A DNA stretch of 64,000 bases from positions 34,472,001 to 34,536,000 of the forward strand of contig OZ024755.1 of assembly GCA_964016885.1 (NCBI GenBank), written 5' to 3'. This stretch comes from Eledone cirrhosa (Eukaryota). The position numbers were made by a program, and so were the translations under genes. Each line of letters opens with the position of its first letter. Within the stretch, counting starts at the first letter, position 1. The notes under the pieces were generated by a model. It was not told the origin of the DNA. It did no database searches and saw only the letters and a list, made by a program, of their open reading frames with translations. Shown here piece after piece: positions 1 through 12,385 of the stretch.

Positions 1-2705
1 TTAACACAGACATGTGTGTATAGATTAACACAGACGTGTATATAGATTAACACAGACGTGTGTATAGATTAACACATACATGTGTGTATATATTAACACA
101 GACATGTGTGTGTATAGATTAACACAGACGTGTGTATAGATTAACACAAACGTGTATGTATAGATTAACACAGACATGTGTGTGTATAGATTAACACAGA
201 CATGTGTGTATAGATTAACACAGACGTGTGTATAGATTAACGCAGGCACGTGTATGTATAGATTAACACAGGCATGTGTGTGTATAGATTAACACAGACA
301 TGTGTGTATATAGATTAACACAGACGTGTGTGTATAGATTAACACAGACATGTGTGTGTATAGATTAACACAGACATGTGTGTGTATAGATTAACACAGA
401 CGTGTGTATATAGATTAACACAGACTTGTGTGTATAGATTAACACAGACGTGTGTATAGATTAACACAGACATGCGTGTGTATAGATTAACACAGACGTG
501 TGTATATAGATTAACACAGACGTGTGTGTATAGATTAACACAGACATGTGTGTGTATAGATTAACACAGACGTGTGTATATAGATTAACACAGACGTGTG
601 TGTATAGATTAACACAGACATGTGTCTATATAGATTAACACAGACGTGCGTGTGTATATACATTAACACAGACATGTGTATAGATTAACGCAGGCATGTG
701 TGTGTATAGATTAACACAGACGTGTAAATAGATTAACACAGACGTGTGTGTATAGATTAACACAGACATGTGTGTGTATAGATTAACACAGACGTGTGTA
801 TATAGATTAACACAGACATGTGTCTATATAGATTAACACAGACATGCATGTGTATATACATTAACACAGACATGTGTATAGATTAACGCAGGCATGTGTG
901 TGTATAGATTAACACAGACGTGTAAATAGATTAACACAGACGTGTGTGTATAGATTAACACAGACATGTGTGTATAGATTAACACAGACATGTGTGTGTA
1001 TAGATTAACACAGACGTGTGTATATAGATTAACACAGACATGTGTGTGTATAGATTAACACAGACTTGTGTGTATATAGATTAACACAGGCATGTGTGTA
1101 TAGATTAACACAGACATGTGTGTATAGATTAACACAGACATGTGTGTGTATAGATTAACACAGACATGTGTGTATATAGATTAACACAGACATGTGTGTG
1201 TATAGATTAACACAGACATGTGTGTATATAGATTAACACAGGCATGTGTGTATAGATTAACACAGACATGTGTATATAGATTAACACAGATGTGTGTGTA
1301 TAGATTAACACAGACATGTGTGTGTATAGATTAACACAGACGTGTGTATATAGCTTAACACAGACATGTGTGTGTATAGATTAACACAGACATGTGTGTG
1401 TATAGATTAACACAGACGTGTGTATAGATTAACACAGGCATGTGTGTGTATAGATTAACGCAGGCATGTGTATATAAATTAACACAGACATGTGTGTATA
1501 GATTAACACAGACGTGTGTATAGATTAACAGACATGTGTGTATAGATTAACACAGACGTGTTTATAGATAACACAGACATGTGTGTATAGATTAACACAG
1601 ACGTGTTTATAGATAACACAGACATGTGTGTATAGATTAACACAGACGTGTGTGTATAGATTAACGCAGGCATGTGTGTGTATAGATTAACGCAGGCATG
1701 TGCATATAAATTAACACAGACATGTGTGTATAGATTAACACAGACGTGTTTATAAATAACACAGACATGTGTGTACATAGATTAACACAGACCTGTGTCT
1801 ATATAGATTAACACAGACGTGTGTGTATAGATTAACGCAGACGTGTGTGTATAGATTAACACAGACATGTGTGTGTGTATATAGATTAACGCAGGCATGT
1901 GTGTATATAGATTAACACAGGCATGTGTGTGTGTATAGATTAACACAGGCATGTGTGTGTATAGATTAACGCAGGCATGTGTATATAAATTAACACAGAC
2001 ATGTGTATAGATTAATACAGACGTGTTTATAGATAACACAGACATGTGTGTATATAGATTAATGCAGACGTGTGTGTATAGATTAACGCAGACGTGTGTG
2101 TATAGATTAACGCAGACATGTGTGTATATAGATTAACGCAGACGTGTGTATATAGATTAACACAGGCATGTGTGTGTGTATAGATTAACGCAGGCATGTG
2201 TGTATAGATTAACACAGGCATGTGTGTATATAGATTAACAGACGTGTGTGTATAGATTAACACAGACGTGTGTATAGATTAACACAGACGTGTGTGTATA
2301 GTTAACACACGTGTGTGTATAGATTAACGCAGGCATGTGTGTGTATAGATTAACACAGACGTGTGTGTATAGAGAAACGCAGACGTGTGTGTATAGATTA
2401 ACACAGACATGTGTATAGATTAACACAGACGTGTGTGTATAGTTAACACACGTGTGTGTATAGATTAACACAGACGTGTGTGTATAGATAAACGCAGACA
2501 TGTGTGTGTATAGATTAACGCAGGCATACGTGTATAGATTAACACAGGCATGTGTGTGTATAGATTAACACAGGCATGTGTGTGTATAGATTAACACAGG
2601 CATGTGTGTGTATAGATTAAGACAGATGTGTGTGTATAGATTAACGCAGGCATATGTGTGTATAGATTAACACAGACGTGTGTGTATAGATAAACGCAGG
2701 CATGT
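1..2705. repeat. Minisatellite, ~22-26 bp unit TATAGATTAACACAGAC(A/G)TGTG(TG)n; runs off the window start
   Basis: About 100 tandem copies of TAGATTAACACAGAC with variable (TG)/(TA) tails; the ORFs here are periodic artefacts. Confidence 0.97.
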
Positions 2706-2799
2706 GCGTGTGTGCAGGCATATAGTTTACATATGAGTGTATAACTGTACATATGTGAGAATATGTGTTCACATATGCCTATATATACGCATCTACATT

Positions 2800-3012
2800 T
2801 ATGAGAATGTATGCGTATATATGTAAGTGCATGTATATATGTGTATGCATGGGGGTGTAAATATACATATATGCATATTTATGCACACATACATATATAT
2901 ATACACATACGCACACACACATATATATATATGCACACACACCAATATATATACACACACACGTATATATACACACACACGTATATATACACACACTCAC
3001 ACTCACACATAT
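2800..3012. repeat. (TA)n/(CA)n compound microsatellite
   Basis: Direct reading. Confidence 0.9.
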
Positions 3013-3146
3013 GCTTGTGAGTTTGCTGCTCATTATCCAAGTAAGAAGTAAATTTATTATCAAAAGATTTTTTTGTTTCATCTATTGCTTAGAAAATATA
3101 TTTGAATTAAAATATATTAACATTTCTAGCATTATTTTAATTCTAC

Positions 3147-3331
3147 GGACGGTGGATTGGCAGTATCAGTAGAGGGTCGGACGCCATGCTTTCTAGCACA
3201 GTTACGTCCCTTTACGATCTGAGTTCAAATCCCGGCGAGGTTGACTTTGCCTTTCATCCTTACGGGGTCGATAAAATAAAGTACCAGTAATGCACTGGGT
3301 AATTGCTGGCCTTGTGCCTAAAGTAGAAACA
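3147..3331 (+). mobile_element. tRNA-derived SINE, family A (central CCTTTCATCCTTACGGGGTCGATAAAAT block), full length
   Basis: A-box-like TGGCAGTATCAG and B-box GAGTTCAAATCC; 16-bp target-site duplication (TSD) ATTATTTTAATTCTAC at 3131-3146 and 3332-3347; more than 12 copies in the window. Confidence 0.9.
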
Positions 3332-3583
3332 ATTATTTTAATTCTACTGGAATATTTTGGCCATTTTGACCGTTGAATATCAGTTCCTCTTGATAACTAC
3401 TAATCACTGATAGCTGTTTATAGATCCTCCATTGTTGATTCTTCATTTTCAAATATGGCTAAGACATCTGGTAGTCAATCTTAACCCTTTATCACAGGAA
3501 TGGGCCACCGTTTTTCAAGAACCAGAGCCGCATGAGATATGGCTCATCATCAGGCAAGCGCTAATTTACATTGGTGCTCACAT

Positions 3584-3919
3584 GGAGGCACATGGCTTAG
3601 TGGTTAGAGCATTGGCCTTGTAATCGAAAGGTTGTGAGTTCAATTCTCAGACCGGCTGATGTGTTGTTTCCTTGAGCAAGACACTTTATTTCACATTGCT
3701 CCAGTTTACTCAGCTGTAGAAATGAGATGATAGGAGTGGGATCCCTATCATTCCACTGCAAAGTGGACGTGTAGGCGCCACGGCAAAAAAGCACCCAGCA
3801 CTCACTGTAAATGAGGTTGGTGTTAGGAAGGGCATCCAGCTGTAGAAATCAAGCCAGAATCAGTTCCCGTCCCACCCTTGCAAGCAGGGAAAAGCGGACG
3901 TAAAATGAAATGATGATGA
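3584..3919 (+). mobile_element. tRNA-derived SINE, family B (head + CORE-like block + RTE-derived 3' half and (TGA)n tail)
   Basis: TGGCTTAGTGG A-box, GAGTTCAATTC B-box, CCTTGAGCAAGACACTTTATTTCACATTGCTCC block; the 3' end matches the RTE LINE end at ~20782-20843. Confidence 0.9.
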
Positions 3920-4145
3920 CATTAAATAAAAAGTGCAGTAACTCAGGTTGTTTTGATTTGTTTCTTCAGAATTCGTACACGTTGCTTTCCTCGATCGTAA
4001 AAATGATAGAAAGATAAATTATGACTGAGAAGTTGGGTAAAGAAAATCAGAAAGATTTCATTTAGGTGACTTAGGCGAGTCATTTAGAAAGCTTCGCGGG
4101 CTGCAGGTTGCCATGACTAATTTAGCATTTAAGCTGACTGTATCT

Positions 4146-4604
4146 GGTGCATGGCTTAGTGTTTAGAGCATTGGGCTTGTAGACGGAAGGTTGTGAGTTT
4201 GATTCTCAGACCGGGAGATGCGTTGTGTCCTTGAGCAAGACACTTTATTTTTCAAGTTGCTCCTGTTTACTCAGCTGTAGAAATGAGTTGGAACGTCACT
4301 GGTGCCAAGCTATATCGGCCATTGCCTTTCCCTTGGACAACATTTTATATAGTATATATGAAGTATATATAGTATGTATATACTTTACATGTGTGTCTAT
4401 ATAATGCATATATGAGTTGTGATGTTACTGGTGCCAAGAGGTATCAGCCTTTCCTTTGGATATCATCAGTGGCGTGGAGAGGGGAGACTGGTATGCATGG
4501 GCGACTGCTGGTCTTCCACAAAGAACCTTGCCCAGATTTGTGCCTTGGTGGGATACTTTCTATGAACAAATCCCATGGTCATTTGTGACCAAAGGAGGTC
4601 TTTA
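4146..4604 (+). mobile_element. tRNA-derived SINE, family C, with a duplicated internal segment separated by a TA-rich spacer
   Basis: Same head and CORE-like block as family B, then the GTCACTGGTGCCAAGCT...GGCGTGGAGAGGGGAG...GGTCTTCCAC body; other copies at 38824 and 47111. Confidence 0.85.
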
Positions 4605-4717
4605 GCTTATTGAGTTAGAATTCTGTCACCTTTTTCTGTTCAAACTGGACATAACTGGCTATTCATACTTATGTTAAGGTATTGTTGTCAAGATGAATAA
4701 TATCTGAATTTTGTAGA

Positions 4718-5018
4718 TTCAATATTATGTGAAATAATTAGGTGAGGTAAAGTCTTTACTGTGTAAATACAATAGTATATATAGAGTAATGTAAATGTTA
4801 TGTGAGATATTATGTGAGGTAAAGCCTTTACTGTGAAAATACAATAGTATATATAGAGTAATGTAAATGTTATGTGAGATATTATGTGAGGTAAAGCCTT
4901 TACTGTGAAAATACAATAGTATATATAGAGTAATGTGAATGTTATGTGAGATATTATGTGAGGTAAAGCCTTTACTGTGAAAATACAATAGTATATATAG
5001 AGTATGTAAATGTTATGT
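4718..5018 (-). repeat. 72-bp tandem repeat (~4 copies) derived from the interior of the TTAA MITE
   Basis: The reverse complement of the unit (CATTTACATTACTCTATAT...GTAAAGGCTTTACCTCACATAAT) matches the 5' part of the MITEs at 23430 and 25192. Confidence 0.85.
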
Positions 5019-5020
5019 GG

Positions 5021-5215
5021 GGCCTGTCTTGGGGCTTCTTCCAGCCTGCAGTCTCTGGAGATCTTCCTTGATGATATCCAGCCAACAGGCGCGGGGCCTG
5101 CCTTGGGGCTTTTTCCAGCCTGCAGCCACTGCATCGAACAAGAGTAAAGCCCTGGTAAGATGACATATTGAAAATCGGAGGACATGTCGATACGAGCACA
5201 TGCAGCAGATAGCTA
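5021..5215 (-). mobile_element. RTE-clade LINE C-terminal fragment
   Basis: HVLR...AGWKKPQGRPRACWLDIIKEDL resembles the RTE ORF C-terminal GHV.R...GRP...W.D motif. Confidence 0.7.
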
Positions 5216-5597
5216 CGAGGCGGGAAGCCGTAATGCAAAACTTTATTGGAAACGTGCAGATGGATACTCATCCAGATATCAACCACTTTACAGAGTGAAA
5301 AAATGGAATTTTACCATAACATCAACATCTAAGAAGTTATGTCCTTGAATAAAATAAAGAGACAACTTGAATCTACATTGTCAGATCCATTTACCAACCA
5401 CTTTATAGAATGTACTGGGTGCTCTTTATCATGACACTAGCAACAATGAGGTTGTCTTATTTGCTACAAGACTGAAAAGTCCTTACTACTCCATGTTGTC
5501 TTTATTTATTCCAGACATGATCAAGAATGTGAATAGGAAACAGAATGAGAACCAAGAAAAGAGAGTATGGTGAGGGAAAGAGAGTGATAGGGGTGAG

Positions 5598-5643
<46 letters not shown>

Positions 5644-5909
5644 AAGAAGAAGAAAGACAGTGTTAGTAACTACATGTTGTTTAGCTAAAAACACAGCATG
5701 AACAACATAGAGACGGAAAAACAAGTAAGAGGGAGACTTGGTGACAGGAACGGTTATAATAGAGATTGATATAAGTTGACAATGAGTGATAGAAGAGAGA
5801 GTAATGCATAAGAGAGAATGAGAGAGATAGGTGATAGAACAAGTAGTGGATAGTAGTAAAGGGTGGCATGAGGGAATGGAAGTGATGGCTCACATTACAC
5901 AATGGTAAT

Positions 5910-6060
5910 AATGTGTTCTAATTTAGGCACAAGGCCAGCAATTTGTGAGGAGAGAAAAGTTGATTATATTAAACCCAATACTTGACTGTTATTTTATTTT
6001 ATCGACCCTAGAAGGATGAATGGTAAAGATGACCTCTGTGGGTTTTGAACTCAGAATGTA
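5910..6060 (-). mobile_element. SINE family A, diverged copy
   Basis: GGCACAAGGCCAGCAAT...ATCGACCC...GGATGAA...TTTGAACTCAG. Confidence 0.75.
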
Positions 6061-6443
6061 ATACAGTAGAACATTGCAGTACAAGTGCCCCGTTGTATGA
6101 GTAATTTGCTGAACGAGCTGAGGCTCATGCAAATTTTTGTCTTGTAGTACAAGTGGAAATCCGCAGTACGAAAGAGTTTCATACAAGGGACTGCTAGTCG
6201 GCGCTGAGCTTGCAAACGCCCTCCCAACAAGCACAGCCTGAGAATTCTGGCCAGTAATGGCCAGTTTAAATGCCAGGTTAAACAACTTACATCCTCCATA
6301 TGCATCCCAGGGACATATCTGCTCAAAACAATTGATTCTTCTTACAACCAGCTTTTCTCTTATCTCATTGGTATTCTATTATTCATACTCACTAGTATTA
6401 CATGTCCAGCATAGCATGTTCATTTCATTTCTTTTCTGTCTTT

Positions 6444-6806
6444 GGAGGCACATGGCCTAGTGGTAAGGGTGTTAGATTTATGATCATATCATGTTTGATT
6501 CCTAGGCTGTGTTCTTGAGCAAAACACTTCATTTCACATTGCTCCAGTATACTCAGCTGAAAATGAGTACCAGCAATAGCTGGGGGTTTAACCCTGCAAT
6601 AGACTGGCGTCTTGTCCAGGGGGAGTCTTATACTCTCAGTTGCTTCACACCATGAAACCGGGATAAGCACTGACATAATGAGTCTTCTTTCACCCTGTGA
6701 TGGACTGGCATCCTGTCCAGGGGAAGTCTTGTACTCTCAGTCGTTTCACACCATGAGACTGGGACAAACACCGGCCTAACAAGCCTTCTGGCTTAAGACA
6801 AACTTT
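6444..6806 (+). mobile_element. tRNA-derived SINE, family D (head + CORE-like block + CCCTG..ATGGACTGGC.TCCTGTCCAGGGG body, 3' part duplicated)
   Basis: A-box TGGCCTAGTGG and shared TCTTGAGCAAAACACTTCATTTCAC block; second copy on the minus strand at ~49820-50048. Confidence 0.8.
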
Positions 6807-7153
6807 AGACATTTTGACTTTAGACTTCATCTGTCCTCTTTATTTAAGACCCATAGCTACTCACATATAAATTTTGCCTTTCCCTAAACAAACCCTTTGT
6901 TGACAGCAGAGGTAATAATTCCCTGAATGTTTTCCATACAATTCATCATCAGCTAGCAATGCTTTCAGAAACATTATCGCTGATAATTCTTCCACACATT
7001 TGAAAGAATCTTCGATATTTCTACTAATTTCTTTTTTGCATCGTAATCAGGACTATTTCCTAGATAGAAGTAGAATCCTGTCTTCTTGTTATTGAAACTT
7101 CAGTCTTTGTTAAGTTTACTTTACACACACACATGTATATAAACATATAGATG

Positions 7154-7212
<59 letters not shown>

Positions 7213-7269
7213 CTACCAATACTGGAATTGAATAATCAAAACTGTAGCGGTATGTCACATATCAAATCT

Positions 7270-7336
7270 TATATTTTGTCTGATGAAAACGTACTTAAAC
7301 ACCATTGAACCTTTGAAATATGTATAATAAAATATA
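7270..7336 (+). ncRNA. Degenerate type I hammerhead ribozyme motif (probable PLE pLTR remnant)
   Basis: Stem I TATATTTTGT/ATAAAATATA (10 bp, one G-U); core CTGATGA at 7280 and GAAA at 7315; near-palindromic ATATGTAT; stem II poorly paired; lies just after a (TA)n tract. Confidence 0.5.
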
Positions 7337-7766
7337 TATTTTGATTATGAGAATATTTTTCATTTATTAACACTAGCAGAAAAACCACCCTCCAGGTGGT
7401 TTTCTGCTAGCATGTGTAGTGTGTATATTGATATTATATGCAGGTATATATATATACATGTAGATAGGATATATCAAATGAAATCGTAATTGACAATATA
7501 TAATACATAGAAATTGAACGAAGACTGTGTTATGTAATCAGCAACGTAATCCATGATACATTAAAAAAGACGATATTATATATAAACTGCATTAGGAGAA
7601 AATTAGTGACAGAAAATTAGTATGTTTATTTAAGTGATGGCCAACCGGAAGTGTTGACATTTCAGAAATTTTAAAGACATGAATCTTTAAATAAACAAAA
7701 TATATTTAATGAACAGCCACAAAATTTAGTAGATAAATTATGTAATATTCATTCATTATTTATTCA

Positions 7767-7914
7767 GGACTATGATGCATAGAGTTACGGCCCTTGCCAT
7801 TCTGAGTTCAAATCCCGCCGAGGTTAACTTTGCCTTTCATCCTTACGGGGTTGATAAAATAAAGTACCAGTAATACACTGTGTAATTGCTGGCCTTGTGC
7901 CTAACGTAGAAACA
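7767..7914 (+). mobile_element. SINE family A, 5'-truncated
   Basis: Family A body; TSD ATTATTTATTCA on both sides. Confidence 0.85.
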
Positions 7915-8038
7915 ATTATTTATTCAAAGTAATCCAACTTATTTTACAAACGGGATAAAAAAAAATAAACCGTACGCAATCCCGCAGACCTTCCTTTATT
8001 ATAGTTTAGATTTTGAATAATATATATATATATATATA

Positions 8039-8600
8039 TTAGCATCAGGACCCGGCGTTGCACGGTGTAGGAAACGTGAAATAACACGCATATGCAAAAA
8101 CTGAGGAATGTAGCTTGTACTTTTTGAATTCCCTCCTTATTCTCAGGTGATTGAGGAGTGATGTAGTCAACTGTGTAAAAACCAAATAGGGATGTACGTT
8201 TAAGTAGGGATATTGAGATGATGAAATCAGCGTGGCAAAGCAGCTGCAGCAGAAGGGGGTACTGGTTGCACTGAGTGGTATTGGTTGCACTGCGTTTACA
8301 CAGCAGCAAAGGTGTGACAAAAGGGGTCACCACGGAATTAGCGAGGGGACTAACTAATGTGTGCTGCAAATTTTGAGGAAATTGGCAGGATGATATTTAA
8401 GTTACGCCCCAAAAAGCATAAAAATACCTTTTAAATGTGGTTTTTCGCCTAATGCGGGCCCTACGGTATTTTTTTTAGGCCATTGCACTTCAAGAAATAT
8501 AAATAACGCATGTGTAAAGTTTGAAAAAAATCGGTCGGGTAGTTCTCGAGTTTTAGGGATTTATACAGACAGGCAGACATCCTCTGTTTTATATATAATA
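8039..8600 (-). mobile_element. Non-autonomous Helitron-like element
   Basis: The minus strand begins TATATATAAAACAG...GTCTGCCTGTCTG...CCGACCGATTTTTTTCAAACTTT and ends with hairpin CCGTGCAACGCCGG then GCTAA (CTRR rule); no TSD. Confidence 0.75.
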
Positions 8601-8673
8601 TTCTTATATTTATAATACACACATATACATATATATATGTATATATAATATACATACATATATATATATATAT

Positions 8674-8850
8674 AATTGTTTCTACTCTAGGCACAAGGCC
8701 AGCAATTAACCAGTACATTACTGGTACTTTATTTTATCGACCCCGTAAGGATGAAAGGCAAAGTTAACCTCGGTGGGATTTGAACTCATACTGTAAAGGG
8801 ACGTAACTATGCTAGAAAGCATGGCGTCCAACCCTCTACCGATACTGCCA
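8674..8850 (-). mobile_element. SINE family A
   Basis: Reverse complement of 3147-3331. Confidence 0.9.
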
Positions 8851-8890
8851 AAATATTATTATATATATAATACACACACATACATATATA

Positions 8891-9107
8891 GGAACGATCG
8901 ACTTTCGTCAAATCGGACCGAGGGAACAATGTTTCCGTTGGTCTTTCCAATTGCTAATACTATCTATCGGTCGCAACTCCAGGTAGAAGGAGTAACGTGA
9001 AATAAAGTGTCTTGCTCAAGGACATAACGCATCGCCTGGTCCAGGAATCGAACTCACAACCTTACGATTGCGAATCCAATTCTCTAACCACTCAGCCACA
9101 CGCCTTC
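8891..9107 (-). mobile_element. tRNA-derived SINE, family E (shared head and CORE-like block, distinct GCGACCGATAGATAGTATTAGCAAT body)
   Basis: A-box TGGCTGAGTGG, B-box GAGTTCGATTC; related partial copy at 25020-25165 (+). Confidence 0.75.
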
Positions 9108-9169
9108 ACTATCATATATATATAATTATATATATATATATATATAAAATATATATATATATATATAAT

Positions 9170-9202
<33 letters not shown>

Positions 9203-9398
9203 ATTATTGCTGGCGACCTAAATGGTCATATTGGACAACATTGTGACGGCTATGATGGAATCCATGGAGGCTATGGGTTTGGTACTAGAAATTAGGAAGG
9301 CTTCAGAATCCTGGAATTCTGTGACGCTAATAACCTATCTGTAACACAAACTTCAAAAAAGGAGACAATCACTTGATCACCTATAGATCAGGTGGTGG
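9203..9398 (+). mobile_element. RTE LINE AP-endonuclease fragment
   Basis: IIAGDLNGHIG...GIHGGYGFGTRN*EGFRILEFCDANNL...NFKK...HLITYRSGG, typical of the RTE APE domain; has a stop and a frameshift. Confidence 0.85.
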
Positions 9399-9890
9399 TA
9401 TGGTGGTGGTGATGGTAGTAGTGGCAGTGGTAGTAGTGGCAGTGGTGGTAGAGGTGGGGATGGTAGTGGTGATGTTGGTGGTGGTAGTGATGGTGGTGGC
9501 GGTGGTAGTGGTGATGGTGGTGGTAGTGGTGATGTTGGTGGTGGTGGTGATGGTGGTGGTGATGGTGGTGGTGGTGATGGTGGTAGTGGCGGTGATGGTG
9601 GTGGTGGTAGTGGTGATGGCGGTGATGGTGGTGGTGGTAGTGGTGATAGCGGTGATGGTGGTGGTGGTGATGGTGGTAGTGGTGATGGTGATAGTGGTGG
9701 TAGTGGTGGTGGTGGTAGTAGTGATGGCGGTGGTAGTGGTTGTAGTGGTGGTAGTAGTGGTGATGGTGGTAGTGGTGGTGATGGTGGTGGTGGTAGTAGT
9801 AGTAGTGATGGCGGTGGTAGTGGTTGTAGTGGTGGTAGTAGTGGTGATGGTGGTAGTGTTGGTAGTGGTGGTAGTGGTGGTGTTGGTAGC
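9391..9890. repeat. (GGT/GAT/AGT)n trinucleotide array
   Basis: Direct reading. Confidence 0.95.
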
Positions 9891-10228
9891 AATGGTGCTG
9901 GAGATATTAGTTAACAAAGGAATAAAGAGTTAGAGGGAAGGTGAACGACTGCCGTAGCAATGCAGCTGGGACTTGGCTGTTTGCTGAGATGTAGGGATGC
10001 CCCCCCCCCCCCCCCCCCCCCCCACCACTTCTGTAGATTTACATTGTATCCTCCATGGATTCTAACAACTGGATCAATACTTCAGAAGTTAATTTGGCAA
10101 CAAAAGGAAAAGCATTTTTGTTTCTTTATAGACAGGAGTCTTGAAAAATGGTTTCATAGGGTAAGAATGTGATGGGAGATATTGAGGAGGGGGGGGGGGG
10201 GGTTGTGGTGGTGTTGATGGGGGGGGGG

Positions 10229-10317
10229 CAACAGCAGCAACAGTAGTAGTAGTAGTAGTAGCAGTTGTAGTAGTAGTAGCTGTAATAGTAGTCGTAGCAA
10301 TAGTAGTAGTCGTAGTT

Positions 10318-10350
<33 letters not shown>

Positions 10351-10718
10351 ATAATAATAGTAGTAATAGTTGTAGTAGTAGTAGCAGCAGCAATAGTAGT
10401 AGTAGTAGCTGTAGTAGTAGTTGTAGCAATAGTAGTAGTAATAGTAGTCGTAGCAATAGTAGTTGTAGTAGTAGTAGTAGTAGTGGTGGTGGTGGTGGTG
10501 GCAGTAGCAGCAGCAGCAGCAGCAGCAGCAGCAATAATAGTAGTGGTGGTGGTGGTGGTAGTAGTAGCAGCAGCAGCAGCAGCAGCAGCAATAATAGTAG
10601 TGGTGGTGGTGGTGGTAGTAGTAGCAGCAGCAGCAGCAGCAGCAATAATAGTAGTAGCAGCAGCAGTAATAGTAGAAGCATTAGTAGTAGCAGCAGTAGT
10701 AGTAGCATTAGTAGTATT
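10229..10718. repeat. (AGT/AGC/GGT)n trinucleotide array, preceded by poly-C (9999-10023) and poly-G runs
   Basis: Direct reading. Confidence 0.95.
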
Positions 10719-10960
10719 GTGGTATTGTGGTGATGATATTGGAGATGGTGTCTGGTTAGTAAAATATCAACTCTCAAAGGAACATTGGAGCCATTGTTGA
10801 AGGGAATTTAGGTTAAGTCTGAGTATGGCAAGGGTTGGTATTGGTGATGTTAAGAGTAGTAATGTTAGTGATATTGGTTGATGAAGACATCATAAAGGGA
10901 GGTAGCTATATACCACAAAGCATTTTATAAATACTCTGTTATTTACCAATTAGATAATAA

Positions 10961-12183
10961 TAATTGTTTCTACTTTTGGCACAAGGCCAGCAATTACTCC
11001 AGTGTATTACTGGTACTTTATTTTATTGACCCTGTAAGGACGAAAGGCAAAGTTAACCTCGGCGGGATTCGAACTCAGAATGGCAAGGGCCATTCTACAC
11101 TAATAGTTGTTCCTACTTTTGGCACAAGGCCAGCAATTACCCCAGTGTATTACTGGTGCTTTATCTTATCGACCCCGTAAGGATGAAAGGCAAAGTTAAC
11201 CTCGGCAGGATTTGAACTCAGATCATAAAGGGCCATAACTCTATGCTGCAAAGCATGGTGTCTGATGCTCTACCTGATTTCCAGTATAGGCATAAGGCCG
11301 GTAATTTTTTTTTTTTTTTTGGGGGGGGGGTCGATTAAATTGACCCCAGTGCATTACTGGTGCATTACTGGTGCTTTATTTTATCGACCCTGTAAGGATG
11401 AAAGGCAAAGTTAACCTCGGCGGGATTTGAACTCAGATCATAAAGGGCCATAACTCTATGCTGCAAAGCATGGTGTCTGACGCTCTACCTGATTTCCAGT
11501 ATAGGCATAAGGCTGGTAATTTTTTTTTGGGGGGGGGGGGAGAGTCGATTAAATTGACCCCAGTGCATTACTGGTGCTTTATTTTATCGACCCTGTAAGG
11601 ATGAGAGGCAAAGCTAACCTCGGTAGGATTTGAACTCAGAACGTAAAGGGACATAACTCTATGCTGCAAAGCATGGTGTCTGACGCTCTACCGATAGTGT
11701 CAATCCCCCACCCGTAGTAATAGTAATAATAATGGTTTCTTATATAGACACAAGGCTAGCAATTTCGGAGGAGGGGGAAAGTTTGATTAAATCTACCCCA
11801 GAGCATTACTGGTACTTCATTTTATCGACCCTGTAAAGATGAAAAGCAAAACTTACCTCGGCGGGATTTGAACGCAGAATGTAAAGGGATGTAACTCAAT
11901 GCCATGAAGCACATTGTCCAATGCTCTACCAATACTGCCAAACCACCGCTCTTAGTAATGATAAAAATATTGATTTCTTACAGAAGTCCCAGGCCTAAAT
12001 TTTTTAGCAAAAGACAGTTGATTATCTTGGCCTCAATACTTAATTATTACTTTATTTTAACAACACCAGAAGGATGAAAGGAGAAATTGATCTAAAAGGG
12101 ATTCGAAATCAGAAGATATCGAGTGAGAACCAATACTGCAAGGTACTTTGGTCAATGTGCTAATGATTTCACCAATCCACCAT
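10961..12183 (-). mobile_element. Head-to-tail cluster of about six SINE family A copies
   Basis: Repeated GGCACAAGGC...GACCCTGTAAGGATGAAAGGCAAAGTTAACCTCGG...GAACTCAGA units, all on the minus strand. Confidence 0.88.
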
Positions 12184-12189
12184 CCTTTA

Positions 12190-12385
12190 TTAACCCTTTA
12201 GCATTTACATTATTCTATATATATGGCTTTATCTCACATAATATTAATTATATGAGATTTTGATGTTATTTATTTTGAGGAGAATACCTTAACATAAGTA
12301 TGAGTGGCCAGTTACGGCTGGTTTGAACAGAAAGAGGTGAGAGAATTTTGGGCGGATACGGCAGGTTTAAATGCTAAAGGGTTAA
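12190..12385. mobile_element. TTAA-flanked MITE (piggyBac-like CCC...GGG termini)
   Basis: TTAA-CCCTTTAGCATTTA ... TAAATGCTAAAGGG-TTAA terminal inverted repeats; copies at 23430 and 25192. Confidence 0.88.

Noticed and set aside
3584-3660. tRNA gene calls for SINE heads
   Set aside because: A and B boxes are present, but there is no full cloverleaf and each head continues into a SINE body.
7372-7410. Short palindrome CTAGCAGAAAAACCACC...GGTGGTTTTCTGCTAG
   Set aside because: Could be a Helitron-type terminus, but no matching other end could be defined.
9373-10800. Poly-V/T/P/L ORFs (also poly-D at 14539, the S/L ORF at 29183, K/E ORFs at 41000, D/G/H ORFs at 51831)
   Set aside because: Simple tri- and dinucleotide repeats lack stops by construction.
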